Notes under the pieces: model-generated
Databases searched by the model: none
The model's input: only the letters and a program-made list of their open reading frames with translations
Told to the model about the DNA's origin: nothing
Translations under genes and position numbers: made by a program
Part shown: positions 16,848 through 26,215 of the stretch, piece by piece
How the letters are laid out: each line of letters opens with the position of its first letter
How positions within the stretch are numbered: position 1 is the stretch's first letter
DNA from: a virus
Virus genome (UHGV): UHGV-0370399
Length of the DNA: 64,000 nucleotides
Direction: 5' to 3' (one strand)

Positions 16848-19235
16848 ATGGCAGATTACAAGTTGAGTGAATTAAACTCAATCAATACAATCCGTTCAGA
16901 TGACCTTCTTCATGTCAGAGTTAAAAAGAGACCTGAAATGCTGGGTGATGAAGACCGTCGAATGACCTATCAAGACTTCTTAGCATCTTTTAAACTTGAA
17001 AGGTTTGTTCAGATTGCTGGTAGCACTATGACGGGTGACTTAGGAATTGTTAAGTTACTTTATGGTGGTAAGGTAGTATTTAACCCAACAGGCTCTTCTG
17101 AGATTACTATTGGGGATGTTTTAAAGACTTTTAAAATCAACGCAAACGGCCTTAGATTAACTATTGCAGATGCTTCAAGGTCGGCAACTGTTTATCATAC
17201 TCTGAATAAGCCAAGCCCTAATGAGCTTGGGATGAGAACTAATGAAGAGAATGATGCAAGATATGCAAGGTTGGCTGTAAATAACACCTTTAGAGGCACT
17301 CAAGCTATTCTCTCTGACAATGAAGCTCTTATTGCTAAGAATATTACACAAGGGATGCCACTCTATATTCGTGGTCAAGATGCAGATGGTACTAACAGGT
17401 GGTATCTAGGTAATGATAACAAGGGTACAGACAATCTTGTTTTAAAAAACGTTAAATCTGGTGCATATGTAGCTATTTTAGCTAACCTAATCTCCGTGAA
17501 CAAATCAATCCAAATCACTGGGCAAGTTCAACCTTCTGATTGGACTAACTTAGATGCTAGGTATTTTACTCAGACAGCAGCTAATCAGAGGTTTGCACAG
17601 TTAGCTGGTAATAATACCTTTAGAGGCGTGAATACATTTAATCAAATCCTATCAATTAAGACGAATAGTGCAGCCTTAAGGTTAAAAAACACTGTAGCTA
17701 ATGGTGCACTGTACATTAAAGCCGAAGCTAATGATGGCTCTGGTAAGTGGTATGTAGGTAATGGTGATAATACACCTGCTGTATTAATCCACAACTATAC
17801 GTATGGTTCTAATCTTAGACTCGACAATGGTTATGTTGAGGTTAATAAGCAACTTAAAGTCGTTGGTCAAGTTCAACCTTCTGATTGGACTAACATTGAC
17901 TCTAGATATATTCCGGCAGGAACTTTGAGTAATCTTGCCAAGCTGAGTGATGCAAACACTTTCAGGTCTACACAGGTTATCAATCTGAATGGCTCATTGT
18001 TACAGCTAAAGAACACTACACAAGACAGAGAGCTTTACTTTGCTGGCCATAATGCTGATGGTGTTAGAAGGTGGTACATCGGTAATGGGGAACCATCCAA
18101 CCCAACAAGATTTACTATCCGCAACGACAGAACTGCAACTACGCTTTATATGCAAGACGATTTCTTGTTGGATAAAACTGTCAGAATTACTGGTCAAGTT
18201 CAACCTTCAGATTTCTCTAACTTAGATGCTAGATATTTCTTAAAAACAAAACTGTTAAACCAATCTTTAATGACAAGGACAGCTAATAGACTGGATGACC
18301 CATCATCATTCAACAAAGATTGTTCAGGGTTTGTAAGAAACAACGCTATTGAGCAGGGTCTGAAAGATTTAGCCATCCATGTAGCACATTCTGCTGGTAT
18401 TGCTCATGCCAGAGGTATTGCTTTTACATATGGGTCTAAAGGTCTTGATGTCTTCACATACGCTTATGGGTCAGATGGAGCATATGTTGGAGAGGCACAG
18501 TTGTATTCAACGGCATTTAAACCAACCCCTTCAGGTATTGGTGCATATACTAAAGCTGAAACTGACCAGAAGATTGCACAGGCAGTAAGTGACTCTACAG
18601 ACCTTAATAAAATCTATCCAGTAGGTATTGTGACATGGTTTAACAGCAATGTTGACCCTAATACAGCACTTCCTGGTCTAACTTGGACGTACCTGAACAA
18701 TGGTGTTGGTAGAACTATCAGAATTGCAGCAGCAAACGGTTCAGATGTTGCTACAACTGGTGGTTCAGATTCTGTAACGTTATCTGTTGGCAACTTACCA
18801 TCACACACCCATAGTTTCTCTGCTACCACTTCATCTTTTGATTATGGTACGAAGAACACTAATAGCACTGGTGGTCATACTCACTCTGTAAGTGGCACAA
18901 CAAGTGCTGCTGGTAAACACGCTCACCACTTAGGTCTGCTATTGGTTAATGGTGGTGATGCTCAGTACGGTTATACAACTGTTAGCAATAACAAGACGAG
19001 AACTCTTGACTGGCTTGACAGAACTGATAACAAGTTCCCTAACACTAACACAACTGGTAACCATACACACACATGGTCTGGTACTACAAGTAACACTGGT
19101 GCTCACACCCACTCTGTAGGTATTGGTGCTCACACCCATACAGTTAGGGGTAACACTGGTGGTACAGGTTCTGGTTCAGCATTTAGTGTCACTAACCAGT
19201 TCTACAAGTTGATGGCTTGGGTGAGAACTGCTTAA
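16848..19235 (+). CDS. long tail fibre protein with triplicated internal repeat and His-x-His tip
   Basis: 795 aa; three repeats of about 110 aa each ending [16 protein letters not shown]; C-terminal H-x-H motifs; ends KLMAWVRTA. Confidence 0.75.
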   Translation: MADYKLSELNSINTIRSDDLLHVRVKKRPEMLGDEDRRMTYQDFLASFKLERFVQIAGSTMTGDLGIVKLLYGGKVVFNPTGSSEITIGDVLKTFKINANGLRLTIADASRSATVYHTLNKPSPNELGMRTNEENDARYARLAVNNTFRGTQAILSDNEALIAKNITQGMPLYIRGQDADGTNRWYLGNDNKGTDNLVLKNVKSGAYVAILANLISVNKSIQITGQVQPSDWTNLDARYFTQTAANQRFAQLAGNNTFRGVNTFNQILSIKTNSAALRLKNTVANGALYIKAEANDGSGKWYVGNGDNTPAVLIHNYTYGSNLRLDNGYVEVNKQLKVVGQVQPSDWTNIDSRYIPAGTLSNLAKLSDANTFRSTQVINLNGSLLQLKNTTQDRELYFAGHNADGVRRWYIGNGEPSNPTRFTIRNDRTATTLYMQDDFLLDKTVRITGQVQPSDFSNLDARYFLKTKLLNQSLMTRTANRLDDPSSFNKDCSGFVRNNAIEQGLKDLAIHVAHSAGIAHARGIAFTYGSKGLDVFTYAYGSDGAYVGEAQLYSTAFKPTPSGIGAYTKAETDQKIAQAVSDSTDLNKIYPVGIVTWFNSNVDPNTALPGLTWTYLNNGVGRTIRIAAANGSDVATTGGSDSVTLSVGNLPSHTHSFSATTSSFDYGTKNTNSTGGHTHSVSGTTSAAGKHAHHLGLLLVNGGDAQYGYTTVSNNKTRTLDWLDRTDNKFPNTNTTGNHTHTWSGTTSNTGAHTHSVGIGAHTHTVRGNTGGTGSGSAFSVTNQFYKLMAWVRTA
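17521..18238 (+). repeat. three direct repeats inside the long fibre gene (period about 330-345 nt)
   Basis: ggtcaagttcaaccttctgattggactaac recurs at 17521, 17865 and 18192. Confidence 0.8.
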
Positions 19236-19242
19236 TTCCTTG

Positions 19243-19271
19243 TTGACTGATTGTTAAGATGGTGTTAATAT
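19243..19271 (+). promoter_or_regulatory. sigma70-like promoter upstream of the post-fibre membrane protein genes
   Basis: TTGACT, 17 bp spacer, TAATAT. Confidence 0.5.
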
Positions 19272-19314
19272 TCTTTATGGGTATTCTCACCATCTTGGCT
19301 GATGAGGTGATTAA

Positions 19315-19512
19315 ATGCCTACAATCCTAGCAATTCTTCTAAAAAATCTAGGTAGCTTCTTCTGGAAACTCATTTTATCCCTTCTAAGTGAATACATGAT
19401 TGAGAAAGTGTTCTTTAGGCTTGCAAGATACCTTGCGAGTAAAACAGACACACCTATTGATGATGAGTTCGTAGATAACTTAGAAAAAGCTTTTAAGGGG
19501 GAGAATAAATGA
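19315..19512 (+). CDS. small hydrophobic protein (possible holin-like membrane protein)
   Basis: 65 aa with hydrophobic N-terminal segment; SD gaggtga. Confidence 0.3.
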   Translation: MPTILAILLKNLGSFFWKLILSLLSEYMIEKVFFRLARYLASKTDTPIDDEFVDNLEKAFKGENK

Positions 19513-19880
19513 AGTGGCTAGAGGAAGCTTTTAAAAATAATATTGGTGCAATTGTAGTTGGTATTTTTAGTGTTATTGGGATGTTTACCACGATGCAAGT
19601 TTCAAGTGGTAAACAAGAAGTGTCTGTCACAACAAAGTTACAGCAGCTAGATAATTATTCCAAAAGTAACTATTCAGCTATTCGTGATTTACAGTCTGAC
19701 ATGAGACTGATTCAGCTAGGGATGGAGAACCAGAAAGTTCAGTTAGAGAATGTTAAGGGTGAAAACGCAAAACTTACCAAAACTCTTGATAAATTCTCTG
19801 ACAGTGTGAATAATCTGGCTCAATCAGTATCAGCCCTCCAAGCTATTACTGAAAAGAACACAAAGAATACTGAAAAATAA
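19509..19880 (+). CDS. membrane-anchored coiled-coil protein
   Basis: N-terminal transmembrane segment GAIVVGIFSVIGMF then helical Q/K/E-rich domain; SD aggggg. Confidence 0.35.
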   Translation: MKWLEEAFKNNIGAIVVGIFSVIGMFTTMQVSSGKQEVSVTTKLQQLDNYSKSNYSAIRDLQSDMRLIQLGMENQKVQLENVKGENAKLTKTLDKFSDSVNNLAQSVSALQAITEKNTKNTEK

Positions 19881-19886
19881 AGTTTA

Positions 19887-19913
19887 AGGCTCCTTTTTAC
19901 GGGAGCCTTTTTT
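19887..19913. terminator. bidirectional intrinsic terminator between convergent operons
   Basis: AGGCTCC ... GGAGCCT perfect stem flanked by an A-run and a T-run, between 19509-19880 (+) and thymidylate synthase (-). Confidence 0.8.
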
Positions 19914-19917
19914 GTTT

Positions 19918-20817
19918 TTACTTGCCTACTGACAGAGGTGCTTCAATCTTTCCTGCATGTTGGTAGTTGTTAATGCCACCAATAAAATCACTTGCAGTAA
20001 GATGTTTCAGGTCACTTAAAGTATTAAGTGGTAGACCAATCTCAAAAGTTGGTGCATGGAACTCTTCATTGTTCAGTAGTTCATAAACCTGTTTCATGTG
20101 GTTCTGATAAATCTGAGTATCTCCAAAGACACCTATCAAGTACCGTGGAGTGTATCCAGTCATCTTACAAAGAACTTCCAGAATAAAACCATAAGATGCA
20201 ATATTAAACGGGAGTCCTAAAAAGGTGTCTACTGAACGCTGATACCATTGTAAGTCAACTTCACCCTCGTTAGTGATATAAATCTGAAACAGAACATGAC
20301 AAGGTGCTAAAGCCATTGAGTTTGCTGCAATATCTGCTGCATTCCAAGCATTAACAAGCATGTAACGGTCTGTGATATCACCCTTCATCTTCGTTACTAA
20401 GGTCTCTAGTTGGTCTACAACACAGCCATTATGACCTTCAAAGTTTCTCCACTGAACCCCATAGATTCTTCCACCTGCATCCTCTAACCAATCTTGTTCA
20501 GAAGAATAATTAGAGCTTAACCAGCGTTTAAAATCATCTGACCAGATAGTCCAGCGTTCTCCGTCATTTTCACCCCAAGTACGGTAACGAAGTTCACCAA
20601 GCTTATTCTCGCCATTCAGGAACCATAAAGCTTCCCCAATAACTTGCCGTGTAAACACCTGTTTAGATGTTAAGAGCGGGAAACCAGTTCGCATATCAAA
20701 ACGAAACTGAGGTGGAGCAAATGCAGATATAACATCTCCAGTTCGTGTAGTACGCAGTTCACCAACGGATAAAACATGGTTCAGGATATTTTTGTAACTT
20801 GTATCTGCTTGTGACAT
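19918..20817 (-). CDS. thyA: thymidylate synthase
   Basis: Active-site signature LAPCHVLFQIYI and FLGLPFNIASYGF match the ThyA family. Confidence 0.9.
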   Translation of the reverse strand: MSQADTSYKNILNHVLSVGELRTTRTGDVISAFAPPQFRFDMRTGFPLLTSKQVFTRQVIGEALWFLNGENKLGELRYRTWGENDGERWTIWSDDFKRWLSSNYSSEQDWLEDAGGRIYGVQWRNFEGHNGCVVDQLETLVTKMKGDITDRYMLVNAWNAADIAANSMALAPCHVLFQIYITNEGEVDLQWYQRSVDTFLGLPFNIASYGFILEVLCKMTGYTPRYLIGVFGDTQIYQNHMKQVYELLNNEEFHAPTFEIGLPLNTLSDLKHLTASDFIGGINNYQHAGKIEAPLSVGK

Positions 20818-20818
20818 A

Positions 20819-21364
20819 TCAAAAGTGTCCTTTCACTTGTGGAACATAAATTTCAAAAGTTGCTTTACCATCCTCTGATGGTTTTGACTGTACCTTTGTA
20901 AATACACGGTTATCATACAGCTTCTCAAAGAAGTTTTCAAAAGGTAAATGCACAGTGGCCTCTTCAGTAACTTTATGGAAAACTGTATGGAAAACTACAC
21001 CAGCATACGGTAAAGCATTGACAAGGACACCTGCACCACCAATTACAAAGACATCTTCATCAATAGAGCTATCAAGATAGTTCAAAAATGCTCCAAATGA
21101 CTCTTTACTGGCTTTAGCATACATTACATCATCTTTGCCAAAGTCTATACCTAAGTATGGTACAGAATTTGTTAAGATGAGGTTTGCACGTTCTGGTAGA
21201 GGTTTACTACCCAGAGTCTTAAAAGTCTCATTACCCATGACTACTAAGTTATTTTTAGTGAGTCTCTTAAACTCTTGCATGTCCTGTTTATGTCGAGGCC
21301 ACGGCATACCAGTTGGAGTACCAAACTCCCCATTTTCACCACTTGCAAAGATTAATTTAATCAT
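20819..21364 (-). CDS. folA: dihydrofolate reductase
   Basis: MIKLIFA..G.PW.., LVVMG..TF..L motifs typical of DHFR; adjacent to thymidylate synthase. Confidence 0.85.
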   Translation of the reverse strand: MIKLIFASGENGEFGTPTGMPWPRHKQDMQEFKRLTKNNLVVMGNETFKTLGSKPLPERANLILTNSVPYLGIDFGKDDVMYAKASKESFGAFLNYLDSSIDEDVFVIGGAGVLVNALPYAGVVFHTVFHKVTEEATVHLPFENFFEKLYDNRVFTKVQSKPSEDGKATFEIYVPQVKGHF

Positions 21365-21621
21365 TTTGTAAATCCTTTCTTAATGAACCAGTTGATAACA
21401 TTCTTCACAGCTTTATTGCTATGGTAGATTAAGTGTGGTGTAGGTTGGTATGAACCATAAGCCCAGAAAGCAATGATTTCATTACATCCTGTACACCTTG
21501 TACTCTCTTCAGCAATATGACCGTTGACTATTTCACTTACCTCGCCTTGTAAGTCTGTACACCCACAATGTGGACATCGGATAGGTGTTCCATCAGACTC
21601 ATAGCAGTGTTCAATTTTCAT
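21361..21621 (-). CDS. small zinc-ribbon protein
   Basis: 86 aa with CPHCGC and CTGCNE Cys pairs; ATGA overlap with DHFR. Confidence 0.4.
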   Translation of the reverse strand: MKIEHCYESDGTPIRCPHCGCTDLQGEVSEIVNGHIAEESTRCTGCNEIIAFWAYGSYQPTPHLIYHSNKAVKNVINWFIKKGFTK

Positions 21622-22137
21622 CTATTTAACCTCAAAAACTGGCTCAAGAACCAATATAAAGTCTACACAGTCATCTTCTTCATCCAGAATACCATCAAAG
21701 TTCTTAGGAACGAAGTCGAAGAGGCTCATCACAAAGCAGTCAGAAGTGACCTTGATAGTTCCTCCCATGTTCTCTACAGTTAACACTGTACGACTTTCTT
21801 TTACCTCCCTCAGAAGATTACCCACAAAGTCATCTAAGAAGTACTTCATCAGTGACTTAAAACCTTTAGGATAATCTGTACCAGAGTATGTTTCAATCTG
21901 AGGCACAAGCTTAACATTTATACTAGTCTTTGTTAAGAACGTGTTAGAGAACATACTATCAGGTAACTTACAAACACTCTTTCCAGTACCTTCATGTTCA
22001 ATCTCAACAAAACCAGCTTCGTCGCCACATGTAACTATTTTAAAAGATGCTTCATTCTCATACTGTGAAGCCATAAACTTTTTAAGCATCTCTTTAAGGA
22101 AATCTGCATGAGCATCTTGTAAGTAGATATCAATCAT
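21622..22137 (-). CDS. hypothetical protein
   Basis: 171 aa ATG-initiated ORF in the leftward operon. Confidence 0.4.
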   Translation of the reverse strand: MIDIYLQDAHADFLKEMLKKFMASQYENEASFKIVTCGDEAGFVEIEHEGTGKSVCKLPDSMFSNTFLTKTSINVKLVPQIETYSGTDYPKGFKSLMKYFLDDFVGNLLREVKESRTVLTVENMGGTIKVTSDCFVMSLFDFVPKNFDGILDEEDDCVDFILVLEPVFEVK

Positions 22138-22150
22138 AGTTAATCACCTA

Positions 22151-22510
22151 TTATGGGAACAAACACTTAATGTCATCGTTTTTGAAAACGAAACTTGTGT
22201 AGTTATGACCATCAACATCCAACCAAACAGCCTGAACATCTACACCATCAAGATTCTGGTAAAGCTCTTTGATGAAGTGGTCTTTCACAATCTGGCTACT
22301 AGTGGTTTCCAGCTTGATGTTTGAGATTGCTGAACCTACAGCCATATAGCCCATGACACGTTTCTTCTCAGTATGCTTAATCTTACCATCTTTGTAAGCC
22401 ATAATGAGATTGGAAAGAATCTTTACACCATAATACTTTTCAAGGTGAGTAGGTACACCATAAAAGCCTAATGCGAAGTTTTCAGAGTGGATAATGTTTT
22501 CACGTTTCAT
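22151..22510 (-). CDS. hypothetical protein
   Basis: 119 aa ATG-initiated ORF in the leftward operon. Confidence 0.4.
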   Translation of the reverse strand: MKRENIIHSENFALGFYGVPTHLEKYYGVKILSNLIMAYKDGKIKHTEKKRVMGYMAVGSAISNIKLETTSSQIVKDHFIKELYQNLDGVDVQAVWLDVDGHNYTSFVFKNDDIKCLFP

Positions 22511-22511
22511 A

Positions 22512-22811
22512 TTAGTCTGCCAACCTTAAATTGAAATTAACACCAAATTTTTCACATACTTCCAACATATACTCAAGGGAAACATTACCAGTGAGGTGGA
22601 TTATGTTGGATACACGAGCCTGAGAGATACCACAAATTTTAGCAACTTGCTCTTGAGAAAGACCTCTGGATTTAATCTCTCTCTTAAAACGATGTGCAAC
22701 GAAGTCTCTCATTTCGTCTACATCCATTGGACAAATATAACTCTCCATTTCAGCCTCTCTATCAGCCTCCCAATCATCTTGTGGGGCATAAGGGTCAAAA
22801 ACCTCATTCAT
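22512..22811 (-). CDS. helix-turn-helix (XRE/Cro-type) DNA-binding protein
   Basis: GLSQEQVAKICGISQARVSNI is a classic HTH; ORF-track start is TTG, moved to ATG at 22811 which overlaps the upstream stop (ATGAATGA). Confidence 0.55.
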   Translation of the reverse strand: MNEVFDPYAPQDDWEADREAEMESYICPMDVDEMRDFVAHRFKREIKSRGLSQEQVAKICGISQARVSNIIHLTGNVSLEYMLEVCEKFGVNFNLRLAD

Positions 22812-23016
22812 CTTTCTTCTTCCGTTTGCGTGAAGTGTCAATCAATGAATCTATGTTTGTAGCCCTAACCTTTTCACGTTCATCATTAAGATAATCATCA
22901 AGAGCCTTTTCAATCTGTGAATCATCTTGACAGATAACTGTAAAGACTGTAAATCCGTCTGTATCGTCAATTATCTTACCATAACCGCTTCTGGGATGTA
23001 ACTTTTTAAGAGCCAT
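22804..23016 (-). CDS. small acidic protein translationally coupled to the HTH gene
   Basis: 70 aa, acidic core, basic tail; stop lies inside the HTH start region. Confidence 0.4.
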   Translation of the reverse strand: MALKKLHPRSGYGKIIDDTDGFTVFTVICQDDSQIEKALDDYLNDEREKVRATNIDSLIDTSRKRKKKDE

Positions 23017-23017
23017 A

Positions 23018-23401
23018 TCAAATACCTGTGCAGCTTCTGTTTTCTAAGAAATACTCCACACCATACATAGCTTTTTGCATCAAATCTTCTTTAAACTGGA
23101 TACGGTGGTTGAGCATCGCCTGTACATCAATATCGTCATGGTGTTTCTCTTTAATGTTTGCAGATTGCAGGAAATACTCTGCAAGAACACGATACTGGTA
23201 GTCAGTCACCTTATCAGTCATCTCTGTCAAAGACTCTTCAGAGATGGGTTTCAGTAGCTCACCATTAGCTAGAGCAACACCTTTTACAATCTGGCAAGTA
23301 TCTTCTGGAACACCTGACAAGTCCACATTTGGGAGTTCTGTTGCATTGACTGGTAAATTCATTGCCATAACCATTGCAGCAGCTAATAAAATCTTTTTCA
23401 T
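23018..23401 (-). CDS. secreted or periplasmic protein with signal peptide
   Basis: MKKILLAAAMVMAMNLPVNA signal-like N-terminus; SD gagg; first gene after the large noncoding region. Confidence 0.45.
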   Translation of the reverse strand: MKKILLAAAMVMAMNLPVNATELPNVDLSGVPEDTCQIVKGVALANGELLKPISEESLTEMTDKVTDYQYRVLAEYFLQSANIKEKHHDDIDVQAMLNHRIQFKEDLMQKAMYGVEYFLENRSCTGI

Positions 23402-23518
23402 AATGACCTCAAAGTTATATTAAATTTTGTATTACATTGAGTATAAAAATAAGCTATAACACCTGACTTGTCAACAGATTTTATAGCTTATTTGGCAGAT
23501 TTTTTATAAGGCTACTGC

Positions 23519-23734
23519 CATCCTTCCATACCAAACCTCACCTGACCTCGCCTAACCCTACCTTACCCCACCATACAGCACCTTATTAAAACACCCTGTT
23601 TAAAGACCTTTTAAAAAGGTAAGTCTCATTTTAATGTAGCTGAGACTAACTACCCATACCGAACCTCACCGCACCATACTACACCTGACACCACCTTACA
23701 CCACCGCACCATACCTGACCGAGCTACACATCAC
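23519..23734. repeat. two G-free CA-rich repeat blocks flanking a hairpin
   Basis: Blocks about 23519-23583 and 23651-23734 share ccataccRaacctcacc, caccatac and acctgac motifs; inverted repeat GTCTCA/TGAGAC at 23623-23646 between them. Confidence 0.7.
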
Positions 23735-24009
23735 TTAAAAACCCTTTTCAAAGACTCTTAAGTGATGCTGGTGAGTACCCGTTGGTTTATGCTGCTCAGC
23801 ATACTCACCAAATTTTCTATGTCAACAACTTTCTAATAAAGTTTTATGAAGATTTTGCTTAACAACCCGCCTCACATGCCTGTGCTCTTTCTTAATAAAG
23901 AGTGACCTCTTCTTGATAGAGCGCCTATTCTTGTAAGTATTACTAGGATACTTATCATGAACCGGACAACAGCTACCCGGATTGGTAAACTTGATAATCT
24001 CTCTTTTCA

Positions 24010-25110
24010 CTATTCATAATCCCTAATAACTAACCCGACAGGGAACTGTAAAGAACCCTTACGAGTCATCTTCTGAAACTGAACCGTTAAAGGCTTCCCG
24101 ATAAACTCTTCAGGATGTTCAGCAAGATACTGTTTCTTCTCGTGTGTAGTCTTCCATGAGACATCTACAAAGACGTTAGGAAGCGTCTCTACAACGAACT
24201 TACCATGACCACGTTTATCGGTCTTGACACCAGTAACTTTAAACTCTTCAGTGTGCATCTTCTTGTGCTTAATCAAGAAGTATGAACGGTGACTACACTC
24301 GTAGAAAGATTCTTCAGAGATTGAACGGTACATTGCACCTTCAAACTTAGCTTCAACCCACTTATCATGGGCTTCATCAAACTCTTCCCAAGAATTTACA
24401 CGGATAGTCTGTACAGGAACAACTCTACAGGTATCCCCAAGCTCAACAATTGGTGAATTATCAATAACTTCACGACGCTCAGGCCAAGTTTTTGAATTGT
24501 CGCAGATATCATACCAGTAGAATTTAAGAAGGTGACGGTCTGGATTGTCAGCATTCTTAATCATAGATACAATATCTTCTAAGTCCCAACCATGAGCATA
24601 AATCTCTCCATCAAAGTCTTCCACTTGCGGATGTAATTTAAGCAACAAAAGCAAATCTGGGATTAGTTCTGTTGGAACGTTGTAAACAGTATTCTCACGA
24701 GAATAGGCTGTGAAACTAACTGAATCAGCATCTCTTGAAATCCTACAACGTACACCATCAAGTTTTGGTTGAGCATCAGCAGGGAACTTCAGATACTTTG
24801 CATGGCTAACCTTTGCAGCATCATGAGCAAGCTGTACACCTACCTTCTCAGTATTCTGTGCAGATTCTTTTGTATAAGCATAACCTTTACGGTCAACTTG
24901 CTTTTTATACTTAGCAGCAACTTCAAAGAGAGCTTGCTGTTCAGCGTTACGCTCATTCTTTTTACCGATGTTCTTAGGCTCTGCTGTATACTCTTCAAAC
25001 ATCATCTTGCCATTCTCTTTACCGTAGGTTGTAATAACTTTGTCACCTACAGCAACACATGACCAGACGTTAAAAGAGCCGTCTTTATTTTGTTTGTACA
25101 GAATTGTCAT
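24010..25110 (-). CDS. ATP-dependent DNA ligase
   Basis: Adenylation motif KLDGVRC (KxDG) and size about 366 aa typical of phage ATP ligases. Confidence 0.85.
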   Translation of the reverse strand: MTILYKQNKDGSFNVWSCVAVGDKVITTYGKENGKMMFEEYTAEPKNIGKKNERNAEQQALFEVAAKYKKQVDRKGYAYTKESAQNTEKVGVQLAHDAAKVSHAKYLKFPADAQPKLDGVRCRISRDADSVSFTAYSRENTVYNVPTELIPDLLLLLKLHPQVEDFDGEIYAHGWDLEDIVSMIKNADNPDRHLLKFYWYDICDNSKTWPERREVIDNSPIVELGDTCRVVPVQTIRVNSWEEFDEAHDKWVEAKFEGAMYRSISEESFYECSHRSYFLIKHKKMHTEEFKVTGVKTDKRGHGKFVVETLPNVFVDVSWKTTHEKKQYLAEHPEEFIGKPLTVQFQKMTRKGSLQFPVGLVIRDYE

Positions 25111-25313
25111 TTTCTCTTACCACCAATCTCTACGTCGATAACTTGAACATCGCCAGCAACATCAAACTTATGTATGATGCTTTCCACAGTATAAGTCCAA
25201 CCATCAATGCGAACCATCTCACCTTCTCGTGGAACTATTGGATTACGTTGAGCTACAGTTGTAGTGGAGTGAACAACATCATAACGATAGATATAGTTTA
25301 CTAGGACTTCCAT
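25107..25313 (-). CDS. hypothetical protein
   Basis: ORF-track start 25412 is TTG; the ATG at 25313 has SD gagtgagg and avoids overlap with the lipoprotein gene; start is uncertain. Confidence 0.3.
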   Translation of the reverse strand: MEVLVNYIYRYDVVHSTTTVAQRNPIVPREGEMVRIDGWTYTVESIIHKFDVAGDVQVIDVEIGGKRK

Positions 25314-25323
25314 CGTGAAAACC

Positions 25324-25560
25324 TCACTCAATAACCGTAGTATGTGATTGTCCATTTTTGCCATAGCTGTAAGATGTTGTTGTTTGAGAGTTTGGACATC
25401 TGACAACAACAATATCTCTGCTTATAGCATCACCATGTAACTTGTATACTCTGCAATCTTGCATCTCTGGTGGGAGGCTATAAGAAGCATTTTTATCTTC
25501 ATAAGAAGGGTTGCAGCCAGATAGAAAAATAACACCAAGCGCAATTACCACTTTCCACAT
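25324..25560 (-). CDS. small lipoprotein
   Basis: MWKVVIALGVIFLSGC has a signal peptide with lipobox LSGC; SD aggag; ORF-track GTG start replaced by the ATG at 25560. Confidence 0.45.
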   Translation of the reverse strand: MWKVVIALGVIFLSGCNPSYEDKNASYSLPPEMQDCRVYKLHGDAISRDIVVVRCPNSQTTTSYSYGKNGQSHTTVIE

Positions 25561-25573
25561 AACACTACTCCTA

Positions 25574-25729
25574 TTACTGTTCACGATGTTCTACTTCTCT
25601 GTACGTTCGTCGATAGTATATAATAAGCTGTGCTAACTCGTTGCTTTTAACATCTGAACGTAGCAGTTGCCAATCAAAACCTTTACCGACTCTTCCATAT
25701 AAACTAAACAGTTTTACTTTGCGTTTCAT
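25574..25729 (-). CDS. hypothetical small basic protein
   Basis: ORF-track start is TTG; first in-frame ATG is at 25729. Confidence 0.25.
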   Translation of the reverse strand: MKRKVKLFSLYGRVGKGFDWQLLRSDVKSNELAQLIIYYRRTYREVEHREQ

Positions 25730-25745
25730 TTTGGTATACCAATAC

Positions 25746-25958
25746 TCAGAAGTCAATATTAATACGTTCGCCCTTAAGGACTCCAGTACGGTCTCTTGCA
25801 ATCTTGCCGTCAACAATAAGGATATGTGCAGCCCTTAAAGAGTCACTATTAAAAGCTTTTACGAACTTACTAGGCATCACTACAATGGGCATCTCCTGAA
25901 TCAACTCTGGAGTATAGCAATTGTCGTGAAGTTGCTGAATAACGTCTGCAAGTGTCAT
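25746..25958 (-). CDS. hypothetical protein
   Basis: ORF-track start is TTG; ATG at 25958 has SD ggaga. Confidence 0.3.
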   Translation of the reverse strand: MTLADVIQQLHDNCYTPELIQEMPIVVMPSKFVKAFNSDSLRAAHILIVDGKIARDRTGVLKGERINIDF

Positions 25959-26164
25959 TTTTGATGTCTCCAATACTCAATGTCAATAAGTTCTTGTGCA
26001 ATGCTTTTAAGGTTACCTTTCAAGAAAACCTTCTCAGAACCTGAAAGAGATGAATTGTCAATTAACCTGTTCATTCTCTCAAACAACTTCTGCTTACGAT
26101 TTTTGATAGTCTCCTTTGAAGCACCTTTCATCATTGCTGCATGGGTTCTTCCACGATGGCTCAT
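25955..26164 (-). CDS. hypothetical small basic protein
   Basis: ATG with SD aggaggg; 69 aa, K/R-rich. Confidence 0.35.
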   Translation of the reverse strand: MSHRGRTHAAMMKGASKETIKNRKQKLFERMNRLIDNSSLSGSEKVFLKGNLKSIAQELIDIEYWRHQK

Positions 26165-26215
26165 AATCCCTCCTATACAAGATGTAGTATAAGGTACTCT
26201 TCCCTGAGCACCTTG

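Noticed and set aside
19918-20817. Group I intron or intein in thymidylate synthase, nrdA, nrdD or DNA polymerase genes
   Set aside because: All four reading frames are continuous and of ordinary length with conserved motifs in the expected order; the homing endonuclease genes are free-standing, not embedded.
23822-24010. 62 aa minus-strand ORF downstream of the DNA ligase gene
   Set aside because: It starts with GTG, has no in-frame ATG and no Shine-Dalgarno sequence, and lies inside the repeat-rich noncoding region; treated as noncoding.
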